Part shown: positions 26,731 through 41,570 of the stretch, piece after piece
Layout: each line of letters opens with the position of its first letter
Position numbering within the stretch: the first letter of the stretch is position 1
Source of the DNA: Camelus dromedarius
Taxonomy: Eukaryota
Direction: 5' to 3'
Assembly (NCBI RefSeq): GCF_036321535.1
Contig: NC_087472.1
Location: 96,288,001-96,352,000, forward strand
Length of the DNA stretch: 64,000 nucleotides
Made by a program: the position numbers and the translations under genes
The notes under the pieces: model-generated
Told to the model about the DNA's origin: nothing
Seen by the model: only the letters and a program-made list of their open reading frames with translations
Database searches by the model: none

Positions 26731-29700
26731 TAGTCCTTCTGTCCTCTGTGATACTTATGGGTCCGTCCCACCTCCCTCACACTCGGACAGGCCTTCCCGA
26801 TGCCCCACGTTCCCTTCAGGCTGTTTGAAAATGGGCAACCTTGGGGCTGGACCCTGAGAGAGGGAAGCGGGGCTCATCGAATGATTTTCTCCTCCAAACT
26901 CTCCTCTTTCCTCCACAAGTGATGAAGGCAGCAAATTAGACATTCAAAAGTAAATCCGTTCTAACACTTCCAGCCAAATTCTGGTTGATTCCTTTCCTGT
27001 CCCCACTGAGTAAGACTGGAAATAAAAGAACCCACTTTTGAGAGGCATCTGCAGAACCTCTTCCTTCCATTTCCAAAAGGAAAGTTAAAATAAAAGATTA
27101 AAGTCTTAACCCACCCATCACTTTCCTCATTCTAAGTGAATTGTATAGTGAAGGCCTTCAGTAAATCTTTAATCAATAATTCTGCCTTTCCCCTTTCTCC
27201 TAAGGGAAATACTCCAAAAAAAAAAAAAGGGAAGAGGAGTGTAATGGCTCAGCAACGACCTTCCAACACTTACTCCACACATTCATTTGGCCTTAGATGA
27301 TTAATGTTTACGACGACTCACGGTGCTCTGCTTCAGGTGATACATCTATCATTCCCAAAATATTCTGCATAAAATTTTTATGGATAAATCATTTAAATGC
27401 ACTAAAAATGCTATTATTTAAAAACAACTCAGAGTGAACCCCATTATAAAATGAAGGCTCTATTATCTAAGTTAAAATGTGAAACTCCATCTGCACATAC
27501 CAGGAGAAATATTTTGAATCCTGGTTAAATAGAAAGGACATTTTTTAAAAAGCACAAAAGAAATGTTGAAGTTCTCCCCAGAGGAGAAGGAAGTCAGGGA
27601 GTGGGGAAGAAGGAAGAACCCCGTGGTGTTGACTTGGAACAGGGAATATCAGTACTCAGGACTTTAACAAATTATCTTGGTTTTTGGGGTAGTGAAAGTT
27701 GATGTGCTTAAACTTCCACATCCACAGCGTAAGAGGAGCAGCAACTTAGCAGTACGGGGAGGGGGATGTGAGGGGCCTGCGGTGAAGGAGGGTCATGAGA
27801 AGTGACAGCGGGCTGGCAGGGGCCAGGTGGCAAGGGATGCTCAAGTACCCATCTGTTCTGAAAACCCACAGGGCTAGATGGCTTCAGAATTTAAAGGTGT
27901 CCAGATTTTAGGAAGGTCAAAAGGGGTACGTACACCCACTGTGCAGCACAGTCTATTACAGAAACACAATACGGCTGCAGTGCATTCTGTGAATGATGAC
28001 ACCCAGCAGGGAAAGACTACAGCCCCAAATCAGTTCAGGCCAGGTTTTGCCACGGACTGAGTTTTGGCAGCGAAGGTATGAAAAAAAAGAACTTCAATGT
28101 TTCAAGCTTTGTGGACTTCAGAATTCAGATAAAAGACTGCAGTCCTGCTGAACAGTAATTCCAAGATCAGGTGCCAGAGTTGGACGAGGGTTTGAATCCT
28201 GTCCTGAGCATCCGCAAGCTTCGGGGACGCAGGCAAGTGTCATCACACATCCAAGGAGGGGTGGAGCCATCTATAAAATCAGGACAGGACCTATTTTGGA
28301 GAGATGGCGGCGAGGGTTAAAAAGTGCTTAACATTTAACATTAACAGATTCTTAACATTTAGAAGAGGGGGCTCATTAAACACAACCACTAATGACGCCT
28401 GATGGTGATAAAGCAGAACAGCCCGAGGCCCCGCGGCGCCAGATCAAACAGCCTGATACTCGCTAAGCCCTGAGAGGCTGACTGCATTCTGGTTCAGCGC
28501 CGGCTCCTGTGCTCATTTGATGATTCTACATAATTAAAAAAGGATTAAAGTAGGTTCTGTGTCCCCACCATCCACTTTTATTTATTTTAAAATAAAAGGC
28601 CTTGATGCTTACATCGGTCAACTCTGCACTAACTGCAATCAGCCACCAGGCATGGCTTGAAATAACCAAATTCCAGGAAGCATTTATTTGAGCTTTCTTG
28701 GATTCTCAGCCTTTTATAAAGTAGTATTGAAAGAAACTTTATTTGTCTCTATATCCCCTATGGTAACTTCTCAGTAATTTACTGGAAGAACAGATAATAC
28801 TTTCAGAAGTTTGTATTTTTAAAAAAAGAAAAAAGTACCTGCAAAATCTCAGGTTCTGCCTCCCACATTCTAATTTAGCTTTAGAGACGAATTCTTTGTA
28901 CTCGGATACCTTAATTATACATCAGCTTAAGCAGGGGGATAAGTCTTTTTTAGTTAATTAGTGAACCTAAAAATAAATACGAAATGTCTGATTCTTTTAA
29001 ACCTTTCTGTGGTTTTTCTCATATAAGTTGAAAGCATTTTATCCTATGTATTAATGTTAAATACTCAGTTTAAATCAAAGGGTTCCAACAATCTTTCTTT
29101 TTAGTTAACTTACCAAAAAGAAATTTTTGGTTTTAACTGAATGTCCTCTCAAAACAGTTCTGTTTTTCTAAGGCTTCTGGAATATTGAGTATTTTCCAAT
29201 TATTCTTCCCAGTTATTTGACTTCATTTTTTCCCCACTTACTTGGCTTTTCCACATTCCTTAATTTTGATTTTCTATTTTTATTCCGCATTTCTCCATCT
29301 ACTTCATCTTATTCAAATTTACCAATTAAATTTTTCCCTAGTATCAGTTGAGAAAATGTGACAGGCATGGAAAACCGACTTCATGAATGCAAATGAGTCA
29401 TTGGCTTAAATACACTTATGTATATTTCTTCAGTTTCTCTTCCTCTTTTGATGACCCTTTAATTCTCCTCTGTTTTCTGTTTGCTTTTCATACTTTGCCC
29501 TTTCACTGAGAAGTTGGAGACAATTACTATATTTGCAAAAGGTATGATTGGCTTTGTCTAGAAAGGTTCCAAATAGCTTTCCAATTCACCAAGACACAGG
29601 ATGAGTAGACACAGAAACATGAATGACTTCTTCCCCCCATAAATGACTCTGATTTAACATGGGGAGCTCTCTCAGTGACGGTCACTCATAAGAAAGGAGC

Positions 29701-30729
29701 CTTTGTCCAGCCTTCTGAGAGCAGGAGCTTTGACTTATTCTTTATATCTGGTTTCCACAGTGGCCCCTACTTCTGGTCAATCTCTAATCCTCTTTTCAAC
29801 TAGTTTACAGGAAGCAGAAAAAATAATTATTTATTCCATTAATGAAGTGACCTGATAATATATCTTATAATTAAAGCAGAGGGCTGAGCATGTGCTCCCT
29901 AAAATGCAGTCTCCTGTCTGGATTACCTGAAGGCTATCTTTGTCCACATCTTTCAGCTTTACACTTGGTGGGGGAGGGTTTGGGAGAGGTAGTAAGGGAA
30001 TCGGGGAGCAGAAAAGGAGGGTAGTAAATGGAAAAATGACTGGCAAGGCACCAAAACCCAACAAAACGATCAGCTCATCCTGATAAGGCCGCTTTTGCTA
30101 AATATTGTCAATTAAATGTTTCAGTTTTACAATGTATTTTTTACCATTAACTGTGTTAAAATTGGTTAAATTTAACTGAGAAAATAATATTTCGGGGCAG
30201 CTCTTTGATTTTTCTTCAGTTGTATTTATAAGATTTAAATCTTTTGAAAACATCAAATTTTAGGATAAGATTATTCTTGAACTTCCCAGGGCTATAAACA
30301 ATGACTAATTGAATAGTCCTTCAAAAGAAACAACAAGAAATGTGAATGGAGAGCTATCAAGTGATTGCCAAAATCCTTCAAAAGAATCCCCCTTTTTTAA
30401 AGCTTCACTTATACTGTTGAAATGTTTGTTTTACTCCATGTCCAGAAATACTATTTCACTGCCTAGGAAGTTTACAGTTTTCCTTTGTTTGGGAAAACTT
30501 ATTCCTGTATTTAAAAAGATCAAAACAGGTAGCAGGTTTGGGGTCTACCAAGCTTGAGGCTGCCTCCACTCTAGGCCTGCCCATGTTTGGGTTATTACTA
30601 ACAGTGAGTCAGAAACTCAGAACCGAAGAGCTAAAGGCTAGGGATTTCACACATACCTCATTCCCTATCAAATTCAATGCCCCCAACAACATCCAGCTCT
30701 CTCACTACTTCTTTGAGCCTAGTGCCTAC

Positions 30730-31200
30730 TTTATTATGGTCACAGATTCTATGGGCCAGGAATTAAGACTGGACGCAGGAGGGATGGCTGGTCTGGGACC
30801 TTGGCTGGGAAACCTTAAATCTTGGGGACTGACTAGACCAAGGAGGGCTACAAGTATCCCAAGGTTCCCACCCACAAGTCTGATCCTTGGGCCGATCACT
30901 TGCCGACTGGAATTGCCTACTAGAGCATCATCAGGTGGCGTCTCTGCATGCTTCCTCACAGCATGGAGGCCACGGGCGGCTTAGATCCCTTTATGACCAG
31001 TAAACAAGGCAGAGGCTGCATGGCCTTTTATGACCCAGCTGCAGAAGTCACACAGCGAGCCCCCTCCTGCCATACTCAATTGGCCTAAGCAGCCATAGCC
31101 TGCCCAGACTCCAGCGGGAGGCGATCAGAATCCCCTCCCCTTGATGGGCTGGCAAGGACACACTGTAGAAAAGCACTGTGACAGCCATCTTTGGAAGATG
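30730..31200 (-). mobile_element. MLT1 (MaLR) LTR
   Basis: TCACAGATTCTATGGGCCAGGAATT...GCTTCCTCACAGCATGG...GGCCTTTTATGACC...GCCATCTTTGGAA. Confidence 0.65.
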
Positions 31201-34200
31201 TTTAGGAGGAGGTGTAGAAGATGATTTACTTCTCAAATTATATTTTAAAGCACACTTCTACTACCTGAATTTGTTTTCTTAGGGGTCTTTTTTTTTTTTC
31301 CCTGTTTATTTACCTTAGTATCTCTTTCTCACGTCGATCCCTGCTTGTTCAGTCAGCTTTGCAAGTGAGGCAGCCTAAGGACTAAGTGAGCACCCAAACA
31401 CCTGACTGCAGAGGGCTTTTTGGTGGGGTCCTAACAGCACTCCAGCTTCCCTTACTCTCCTTCAACAGCTCATTCGATGCCTTTAGAGAAGAGCTCCCTT
31501 TTCACCCTTTACTTTGCCTAGGGGTAACTGCCTGCCTAGGAATGTTCTGATGGTCAGGGTGGAGGGTAACCCTTCTGCCTGCAGACTTCCAGGTCATTCT
31601 CCAGTTTTCACCCAGCCGCCCTACCTGCCACTCCTGCCCTCTATCTGTGGTGCTGCATTACTGAGATAATATCTAAAAGCCAAAAAGGTGTAAATAGAGA
31701 GGGAGGGAGATAGGGATAAGGACGGATGGAAGGGGGAATAGATAAAAGGCAAACATAGCAAAGTAACCTAGACATGGGTGTCAACTGTATTGTTCTTAGA
31801 ATTTTTCCTCAGGTCCAAAATTTTTCCAAATAAAAGGTTTGGGAGAGACATTGTAAATAACCTAAGTAGACAACAATAAGGGAATAGTAAAATAAATTAC
31901 AATATTGAATATTTACATGGGGAAATACACAGTCATTAAAAAGTTTTTAAAGAAAAAAAGCAGTCTTCTAAAAAATATCTTCCTATAACTGAAGTCTTTC
32001 TATTACCTTCTTAAAAAACCCTACTAGAGCCATTGTATTCTAAAAAAAAAAAAAGAAATATGAAAATCTCATACAGAACATGCTCATATATGTAGATCTT
32101 CCTAATGGGGTCTGAAGTCCACACCATACTTGGCACATTGTAGGTGTTAACTATTTCCTGATTAGGAATGAAAATTAAAATATCTAGTAAGTTTCAGCAT
32201 AAACTTACAATAGCAAATAATATTCAGGGGTTCAAGATAACATTTGCTGATGATGGTAAATTCCTCTTACAGATAGATCACTTCATTATATATATATTTA
32301 TTTAGGGGTATTCCAATCCTTAAAATTAGGGGAAGAAGAGCTGAAAGGCAGATAGGAAGGTGATAAGAAAGTGGCAGAAATTGTCAATATGGTGTGCCAG
32401 GCCAAAGAGTGGAGAAAAGGCATGGAAGTGTTCAGAACTGATATCACAAATAAAGCTTTGACCAGCTAGAGCATGTGAGTAACAACTGTAGCCAAAGCCA
32501 CCACACAGAGCCACATCGACCTAATTCCAGAAGGGAGTTTAGGATCAAGTCCTAACGGTGGATGGGTGAGTTACAGAATGTCTTGTTGTCACAGAAGCAG
32601 CAACAGTTAAGTAAAGGTCACGCTGTACTCATCTTCGAGGTTAACTGAGGCAAAATGTTAAGTTAACCATTACAGTGAATGAAGAAGATCCAAAGCCAGA
32701 CATGCTCGAAACACAAATGAGCTGAAACTGCTATTTCTTGGAAAATGATCAGTTTGTATCACCAGGACCTTCAGCCAACAAACTTGAAGATAATTAACAT
32801 TCAAGGTTAAGAGCTCCCTATGCAGTTTTTATTCTTAGCAGAAAGCTGATTTCATCCAGGAAATGCTGTGTCACTAACTTCCCATAATAAAAGCATAGCC
32901 AGCATCTACTGAGCACCTACCACGCACGTGCTACGCACCGTGCTGCACATTCTCAATTTCATCAGTGCAATAGCACTATGATTTGATGCTATTGATCGTT
33001 TCCATTTTGTAGATAGGGACGTTGAAGTGTAGTGGGATTAAGTGACTTGTCCAAGCTTGCACCGGTGGGAGGCACCAGAAATCAAGCCTTGAGTACAAGT
33101 TCATGTAGACCAGTTGTCATATTCCCAGAGAGAGACAAAAGGCAGACTGACAAGGGTGGGTCCTCTGAATAAGAATTGTTCCGATGTAAGTAAATGAAGG
33201 AGGTAGCAATCTGATAGTTCCGAAATGATAAGACTAGACAAACATTAGATTATGCAATTTCCTGACTGTCTAACAGAACACATTTAGACAAAACCCTCGC
33301 ATTACTAAAAGAGATGCTGTGTGCTAGAAAGAACTGCACTGGAGCAACGGTATACGTGGAAAGAGATGGTATATTACATTGAAAGAAAAAAGCATATGTT
33401 TAAAAGCTGATCAACCTGAATTTTAACTGTGGTTTGCTCCTAACTTTGCTTAGGCAAGATATTTAAATCATCTAAGCTGTAGCGTCTTCGTCCAAGAAAT
33501 GGAGATATCTATTTCACCTGGATGTTGTGAGAATTAGCTACATCTGCCTCCTGTTGTGTCTGGTAGAGAGTGGTACACAAATGTAAGAGCACTTTGTCTC
33601 CTGGAAACAATGATTTCTGGTTCACATTGGAAGAGGCAGCCAAGATGTTATGTCAACAACTAGCTAGTGATTTGGGCAGTCTCTTCATTACTCAGGGCTT
33701 CTACTTTCTCATGTGTAAAATTGGGGGGAGATTGGACAGATGATCCCTAAGCTCAAGTTCCCACTAATTGAATCTAAGAAGGTAACATTTTGGTTTATAT
33801 CTCTACACTTTACAGTTATTTATCCTACACCAACCATCCTTAATACTGTACATTCTGGGACAGCGCTGGTGAGAGCACTGCTAGGACTGAGTAGCCAAGA
33901 AAAGGAGCCAGAAATCAAGAAAGAGAGTATACACATTTATATTTGTTCTTCTATGTGAGTTCTCCTTCCAGAAAGCCTCCAAGGATGCTTTGGATAAAGG
34001 ACAATCGGGTTAACACTCCACACACACCCAGAAACCACCTCGATTACACAAACCTTCAAGGGAAAGGTACAGAAAGCATACCACAAGCCCATAGCATTCA
34101 TACATTTTGGCTAGCATACAAATATTTACGTATTTGTCCTGGCTTTTCATTTATCTATAAGCCCCTCAAAGGCAGCAACTATGCCTTGACAATTTCCCAA

Positions 34201-37200
34201 GGCTTCTCAGTTTCTACTTCATTCTGAATCCAAATTTCAACAAATGCTGATGAACTGTTAATTAAACTCCTTAAGTGTTAACCTTTGGCATCTCGCAGAC
34301 TTTATCCCTTAAAGTGGCTCACAGCTCTTGGGCAAGATTTTTACCAGCTCTAACACAGTTCTTAACTCTGGAAGTACATTCTAATCACCTGGATAAGTAA
34401 AAACTACCAGCGCCTAGACTCTACCTTCAGGAACTGATTTAATTGGCTTCTATGGGAGGCAGGCGGCACGAGTTTTAGCAGCTCCCCAGGTGATTCTCAC
34501 CAGCACCCAGGACTGAGATCCGCTGACTAGCATCTAATCACAGAAAATTCAATGAGGGAATAAAAGAACTCCTGAGTCTCAGACAGTGCTATTAGGCAAC
34601 CCAAACTTTTTCATTACCCATCTATTTTTAGCCTCTGTTTCCATGTTTGAGTTTTGTTTCAGCCTCCTATGAAACTGACCACGAATGACTTGATAATCTT
34701 AAGAGACTTTTCAGTGTTATCAACTCTCTTTTCTCCTTCTCTTTTAGATGATCCTAAATGGGGAAGATAAAAACTGCTGAACACATTCGTGAAGGAAATG
34801 GCTGTCCTTCAGGATGTGGTGACTTCTGACAAGCAGCGACAGTGCACGTGTTGATCCTTCCCCGTGGTGGGTTTTGACCCACACTAGCCCCAATCCACCT
34901 ACCTTCTCAGCTACAGAGGGGCAGTCAGATGAGCAGGTGGTGGGACCCCTGGCTCAATCAGCTACTGTTCGTGTAGGTAATTTTCTTACTTGCCCTGAAC
35001 CTCAGTTTCCCAATTTGTTAAACGGACATGACTGTTGTGAGACTTCCACAGCAGCATCTTTTATATCGAATGTTGCTAAGTACTCAGTAAACGAATGCTG
35101 GTGGAATCTCTTGACCCTCTTTCAGGTTCCATAAAGTCCATTTTAATGTTCTTCTCGAAGGGCTTTATTGAAGCCAAGCTCAGATTAAAGAAGCAGGGAG
35201 ATGAGTACTTAGGCCAGAGGTGACAAGGTGGAGAATGTGTGAAGAGCACTAAGCAGAGAAGCGGTTTACCTGTGTCCAAAGGGTAGTTTCTAGAGAAAGG
35301 GAAATTCGCTGTGAGCAAGCAGCTTAAGGTTTTATTAGAAATCAAGTGCTCACTTGAGCACATTACATGACCAATATAGGAATGTTAGCACAGCAATTAT
35401 CACTTTGCTTTCTATTTAATCTCAGAAGCAGGAGGAGAAATTAACCAAATTTATACTAAGGCCACAGTCGGGAATTAAGGAATACCTGCTACCAAGCTTA
35501 AGGAAACACTGTATTTTTCTAGAACAGATCCGGGGGAAGGTTCAGGTACACCCTGAGTATGCTCTGTCAATGAAAATGTAATAATTTGTTGGGAAAAGAT
35601 ATGCATGTTACACATTTCAAAGGGCCCTACTCTCTTCTGGCCCCAATACATGGGGAATATTTAACATCACGCTGGGAAAATGTTAGATAGACAGATGCAG
35701 CAATTTATTCCCAACAGTGAAACTATCATATGCCGACCTCCATGCCCTAGTAAGAAAGAAAGCAACACTGGTACGACTCAAATGGTCCAGTGGAATCAGA
35801 GGTCAAGTCTAAGAATGAAAATAAAATCACGACTGCTTGGGTGATGCTTAGGGAAATAATCTACCATTGAGTTAGAACCCCAAATATTCAATCAGAGAGA
35901 ATATAAATATCGATCTGGGTAATTATAATAGTTTGCTGTAATTTTTGTGCCAGTTATTACAGCAGAAAGAAGAATCTCAGTCAAGATGAGACACTGACTA
36001 GGAAAAGGGTTCTCCTGGATGGATATGGACACCACTGTGGGTCACAATCAAACCCAGCTCTGCCCCAAGTACAGGGGTAAACAAGTATGGTGAATTGGGC
36101 TAACTGAAGATGCTTCCGGGCTAGTATCAATGAACACCAGATACCCCATCCACAGTCCCCTTAGCACATTTTCTATAAATTAATGAATTTATTAAGGAGA
36201 ATAAGTGGGCAAGAACAGCAAGAATTGCTAAAATTCTAAGGTAATAAATAAGGAACTGCCCTCACCAAATGTTAATACAAATTACAAAGCAAAAGTTGGC
36301 GTATGATACTTAGTTCAAATCAGAAAAGTTATCCTTTTGAATAGAATCCACAAATATATGAACTGCTCTGTGAACTTTGGGATAAAACGGCAACAACAGA
36401 GAAAGATTTGAGGTCTTAATAAACGCTTCTGTGCAAATGGACAGCAGGATAGAGTAAAAGTGAGTTGGCTGCAAATGTCCCATCGGAGATGGCAATAAAT
36501 TCCTGAGGGATTTAGTAACAATTTACATCCTGCTCTAGGTGCTAAATCTGACCATGATAAAAAGCACTGTGAATGGCTGGGTAAATAAAAACTCAGACTG
36601 TGCACTAAATAAAAAGGAAACCAACATTCAGTGTCAACATATGTAAATATACGGGCAAAACCTGTAAGGCTGTCACAAAAAATAGAGGGAAGAATTATAG
36701 GTGATATTCTTTCCAAACGCCTTTAATGGTATACTTTGATAATTACTTTACCAAAGAAGGGAGCACAATGGGAAACAATATTTACACAGCACAAAAGCTT
36801 ACTATGCCAAGCAGTCATAGGGAATTCACGCAAATGATTAAAACCCCAGACTCTAGTTACTAAATGGTCAAGGGCACTTTACACACAACAAAATGCACAA
36901 CATAAACCTACAAGGGGAAAAAATAAAACCTTTAGCTTCTGTGTTAACTATTATACAATTTAAATCATAAAAGCTTATTTTGGCAGGACTGTGGAGAAAC
37001 TGGCACACTTAAACTTTGATGACAGCCCTGGAGATTAAAGCTATAAAATCCCTCCAAGCCTTTGACATGGTAATTCCAGGCAGGGGCACCCACCCTTACA
37101 GGTAAGCCACCTGTTACATGGAAAAGTCTTAGAGATCCCAAAACTCGCACTCCACATAGCCAAGCTTTACTGTTACTAGCACATGGGAGAAACAGAGCTT

Positions 37201-37269
37201 TATCATTTAAATGCAAATTAAGAGCCATCACTGCACACTTCTTTAACAGGGAGCCGGATTAATCTAGAC

Positions 37270-37740
37270 TAGAGGTCGCAAACTTTCTGTAAAGGGCCAG
37301 ATAGTAAACATTTTTGGCTTTGTGGGCCAAAAAGTCTTGGTGGCAACTACTCAACTTTGCTGTTGTGGAGGGACAGAAGCCACAGATAATATGTAAGCAA
37401 CTGGCATGGCTGTGTTCCAATAAAACTGTTTTTTACAAAAACAGGTGTCCCCCAAACCCACAGAGTATACAACACAAAGATTGAACCCTAATGTAAACTA
37501 TGGACTTGGGGTGATAACAATGGTTCAGTGTTGGCTCATCAGTTGCGACAAATGCCCCACAGTGGTGCAGGATGCTGATGGTGGAGGAGGCTGTACTGGG
37601 GAGGTGGGGGGTATCCAGGAGCACCCTGTACTTTCTGCCCAATTTTGCTGTGAACCTAGAACTACTCTTAAAAATAAAGTCTATTAATTACAAGACAAAA
37701 GAGGTAGCTGGCCCTCAGGCTATATATAGTTTGACAACCT
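37270..37740 (+). mobile_element. MER58A-like hAT element interrupted by an L1MC-like 3' fragment (about 37455-37690)
   Basis: AAACTTTCTGTAAAGGGCCAGATAGTAAA...GGCTGTGTTCCAATAAAAC, resuming as TAGTTTGACAACCT after the L1 piece. Confidence 0.7.
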
Positions 37741-39471
37741 ATCTTAGATTATGATATTGCCAAAACAAAAGGATCTGCCCAACTCCGAAATCAGATAATC
37801 ACAAAAGTAAAATAATTGAATGTACATAAAACATATAAAATATAAAGGAAAAGTAAGAGTGGGGATATTTTCTGATTCCATTCCATAATAAGATCAAAGT
37901 TTCCCAAATCTTGCCAACAGTCTGATCAATTTCCCGAAGCTTAATAGGAGGAAAGCACTCAGTCCTCAATAGGTCGGTAAGTGTGGCCATGTCTCCTCTT
38001 CAGAAGCACACAAAACTCCAAAGGCAACGAACAAACTGGAACTACACCTTGAATGCTCAGAGTCTGATAAACCAGGTCATGTTGAAATTCAACCACATCA
38101 GATATTTAGGGCCCCAAAGGCCAATTCTTTCTTTAAATTTAAATACTGATCAAGGTGCATTAAGCCAAGTTAGGCATCTTTACCCTAAATGAAATTGTTC
38201 TCTTCCCCTTAACTTCTGGATAGTTGGCTTCTGTCTCTGAACAGGTTAGTCTAATTCTTGACAACTTCCCACAGTAGAAAAATCTACTGCTTACAGAAAA
38301 GGTGTGTCATGTATATATGTGTAAAGGTACAAAATGAACACACTCAGAAACAGAATGTGACTATTTTTTCCTTTTCCTAACACAACTAAAAAAAACAAAA
38401 CAAAACTCTTCATCTTCTCCAGAAACAAAACCACTGTTCTCCCCAGTAGCAATCAGGCTTCAAGGAGCATGACTTTAAAACCCAAGACTTTTCAAAGAGC
38501 AGTCATTTGGAACCAAAGTCAATTTTTCAGTGGGTACTGGAATCTTAAAATACTTTCTAAAGGAAAACAGAAGGTGGCTGGGCCTTCAAACCTCAAGAAT
38601 AGTTAAAAAAAAAAAAAAAAAACAGGGAAACTGGCTGCTGCCTTCTAACAGCTAAAGGCTCCAAGGTTCACAGAACCAGTGTAATTATGGTAGAAATCTT
38701 TTCCGTGAAAAGGAGGCAGAGTTGTCAGACAACCTGTCTTTTGGTGGTTTTATTTCAGAGATGCTATATTTAATGTGGGGATATTATAGAAGCTTAAACT
38801 TATATAACAACTGATTAAATTAAAGTGACAGGGTGTTTAATCACCTTTAGATAGAGTCAATAATCACCACTCAGGGCAGAAAGCAAACAGCTGAGGAAGC
38901 CGTGGAGGTTACCAAGAGGAGGAGAGTGTCCACGTTCTGCAAGGAGGCAGTTTAGAATAAAATAACAGGAGCCAGGAGCAAGCTCTTTAATACGAGTGAG
39001 GCTGTGCAAAACACAAGTGCAAAAGAACTGGGAAATAAAACAGATAGGAAGTCAGTCAGTAGTGAGGGAATCAGAATGATTAATGAAGGAACCAGAAGTG
39101 GACAAAGTACAGCTGAAAGATGAAAATGTGAATCATTTCCTAGGAACTTATTCAAGATTCAGAAGGTTCTATCTTTAAGTTATATCATACACTCCAAGTT
39201 CCCCTGTTCTCATGTAAGAGAACTTTTCATTCCTAATAGCTACTTAAAGAAAGATCTCAAACTTGCAAATATCACGAAGAACCACCATAATATTAACTGC
39301 CAGTGAGAGACAATAAATGGGCCCGAACTTCCTGAGAGCAACAGGTTTATAGGGGAAAAAAAAGTAAAAGTTATATTGAGAAATAAAATCAATAAACGTT
39401 TATTCTGAACATTAAAATGTGGTATTTCCATTACTCTTAATAAGGAAATATATATATACTGTCTGAAACCT

Positions 39472-39940
39472 CATTGTCTAATAGAAATATGTGAGCTACA
39501 CACGTAATTTTAAATTTTCTAGCAGCCACATGAACATAAAAAGAAACAGGTGAAGTTTTTAATATTTTATTTAATCCAGCATACCCCCAAAATTATCATT
39601 TCAACATAGAATCAATACAAAAAATATATGGAGACATTTTACTATTTTTTATATTAAGTCTTTGAAATCCAGTGTGTATCTTATATTTACACCTCAATTT
39701 AAAGGCTAAATTTCTCTCAGAAATAATCGGCCTATAATTGAATTTCACCAAATTTACAATTAAGGTAGATTCATATATCCCGATTGTTTTAAGCATACTT
39801 AAAAGTTTTCCAAACTAACTGAATCAAGTACCAGCTTTAAGCTTAAGTTTAATTTAAATCAGTTTCTCAGTCACACTAGCCACATTTCAAGCGCTCAAGG
39901 AGTTGAAGGGGCTAGAGGTGACCACACTGGACAAACAAAG
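39472..39940 (+). mobile_element. MER33/Charlie-like hAT element
   Basis: TGTCTAATAGAAATAT...TAATTTTAAATTTTCTAGCAGCCACAT...CTAGCCACATTTCAAGCGCTCAA...CTGGACA. Confidence 0.7.
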
Positions 39941-39984
39941 TCTAAATAAATAAAGATAAGGCCTGGAACCAAAAATTCAAACCT

Positions 39985-41570
39985 AATTATTTAAAAATAT
40001 ATAACAAAACAAAGAAAGATATATAATATGGCAGAAAAATTAAAGCTATTAAAAACAGAAAGTGAAAGAAAGTTATAGATGTTTATCATTACAGATGACA
40101 GACCTGTCATATCAACAAATATAAACTGGTTAAATTTAACCACATAAAAGAAAATATTTCACTCAAAAAGCAAAATCCAACTTTATGCTACGTTTCAAGA
40201 CAATATTTAAAACCAAATAATCCAAAAAGACTGAAAATAAAAGGATGGGAATGCTCTAGCAGAAAATGTAAACAAGAGGAAAGGAAGGATTCAGATCTCG
40301 CTGTCAAATAAGGTTGAATCCAGGCCCAAAAGCATTAAACTCATAAAAGGCAGCACGCTGTATCCTACAGGGTACATCTCGCAATGAGGACATGACAGTC
40401 CAAGATATTTAAGCAGTAAACATAATATTAACGGGCATAAAGCAAAAACCATACATGATATCTGGAGAAATAGAATCATATTATTAGGAGACTTGAACTT
40501 CTCTTGGGCCATGACAGATCCAGGGGATTAAAAAACAGTAAAGGCAAAGAAATCTCAAATAACGTAAGTAAGATGGAAGATGTGATATATCAAGCTCCCT
40601 AACCTGAGAAGAGAACGTAAGTAACCTTTCTTTTGCTGCCCAAGGAACAGTGGCAGGAAATGAGCACGGATTGCACTACAAAGCAAGTGTCAATAAATTA
40701 ATGAGTCAGATTAACATCCTCTGATCACAATGCAACAAAACTAAACATCAATAAAATTAAAATACAGGGTGCACCTACACTGGACATTTAAAAACTGAAC
40801 TCTTAGCTCATAGAAGAATGAAAATCTGAAGATGCAGAAAGGCTGGCAGGAAAAAGGGTCAAATATTATACATATTAGCTGCTAAAGCAGTGCTCAGAGG
40901 AATAAATGTAGCCCTAAATACCAAAATAAAAAAAAATGACTTTTCCCATTCAAAAAAAAAAAAAAGAAAGAATAACATCGAGGAGATCAGGGAGGATTAA
41001 TAAAGTCAAAGTAGACATTAATGAATGAGAAAACAAGTCATAACACTATTAAGTGAACCCAATCATATAAAACACCATCTAATCTAATCAAGAAAGGGGG
41101 AGGGGAGAACAAATAAAAAATAAAGTGGAGAAGAGCCACAGAGAAAATCCAGACTAAGAGACTACTATCTCAGCTATGCAAACTGACTTAAAAACCTCCA
41201 TGACTAGGATAATTTTCTAGAGAAATATACAAAAGCAACTCTAGAAGAGACAGGGATCTATATTGATCAATACCCCAGAACAGAGAAAGCTGTCAGAGAG
41301 CAATACCAAGACACACTAGGTTTATTTCATAGGTGGATTCTACCAAATCTTTAAAAAACAATTTGAAAGATAAACTGGTCTTCGTGCAGAAAGAAAATGA
41401 TTTCTTCTGAATCGAGCATGATACTGACAAGAAAATCTAACAGACTGCACACACACACAAATCCACAAACAGCACATGGTATCAATATAATGAACCCAGG
41501 AATTCATCATACTATTCTCTCTAGTTCTGTAGATGCTTAAAAAATTCCAAGCTAAAATTAAAAAAAAAAT
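39985..41570 (+). mobile_element. Heavily decayed L1 ORF2 remnant (endonuclease region onward)
   Basis: A-rich, with motifs CAAAATCCAACTTTATGC, AAAATAAAAGGATGGG, GGAGACTTGAAC, CTCTGATCACAATGCAAC and AAAGCAGTGCTCAGAGGAA; no intact ORF. Confidence 0.65.

Noticed and set aside
32613..32620. NBRE/nuclear-receptor site AAAGGTCA in intron 1
   Set aside because: A single 8-mer is expected by chance in 64 kb (another lies inside an L1 at about 52413), and there is no independent support.
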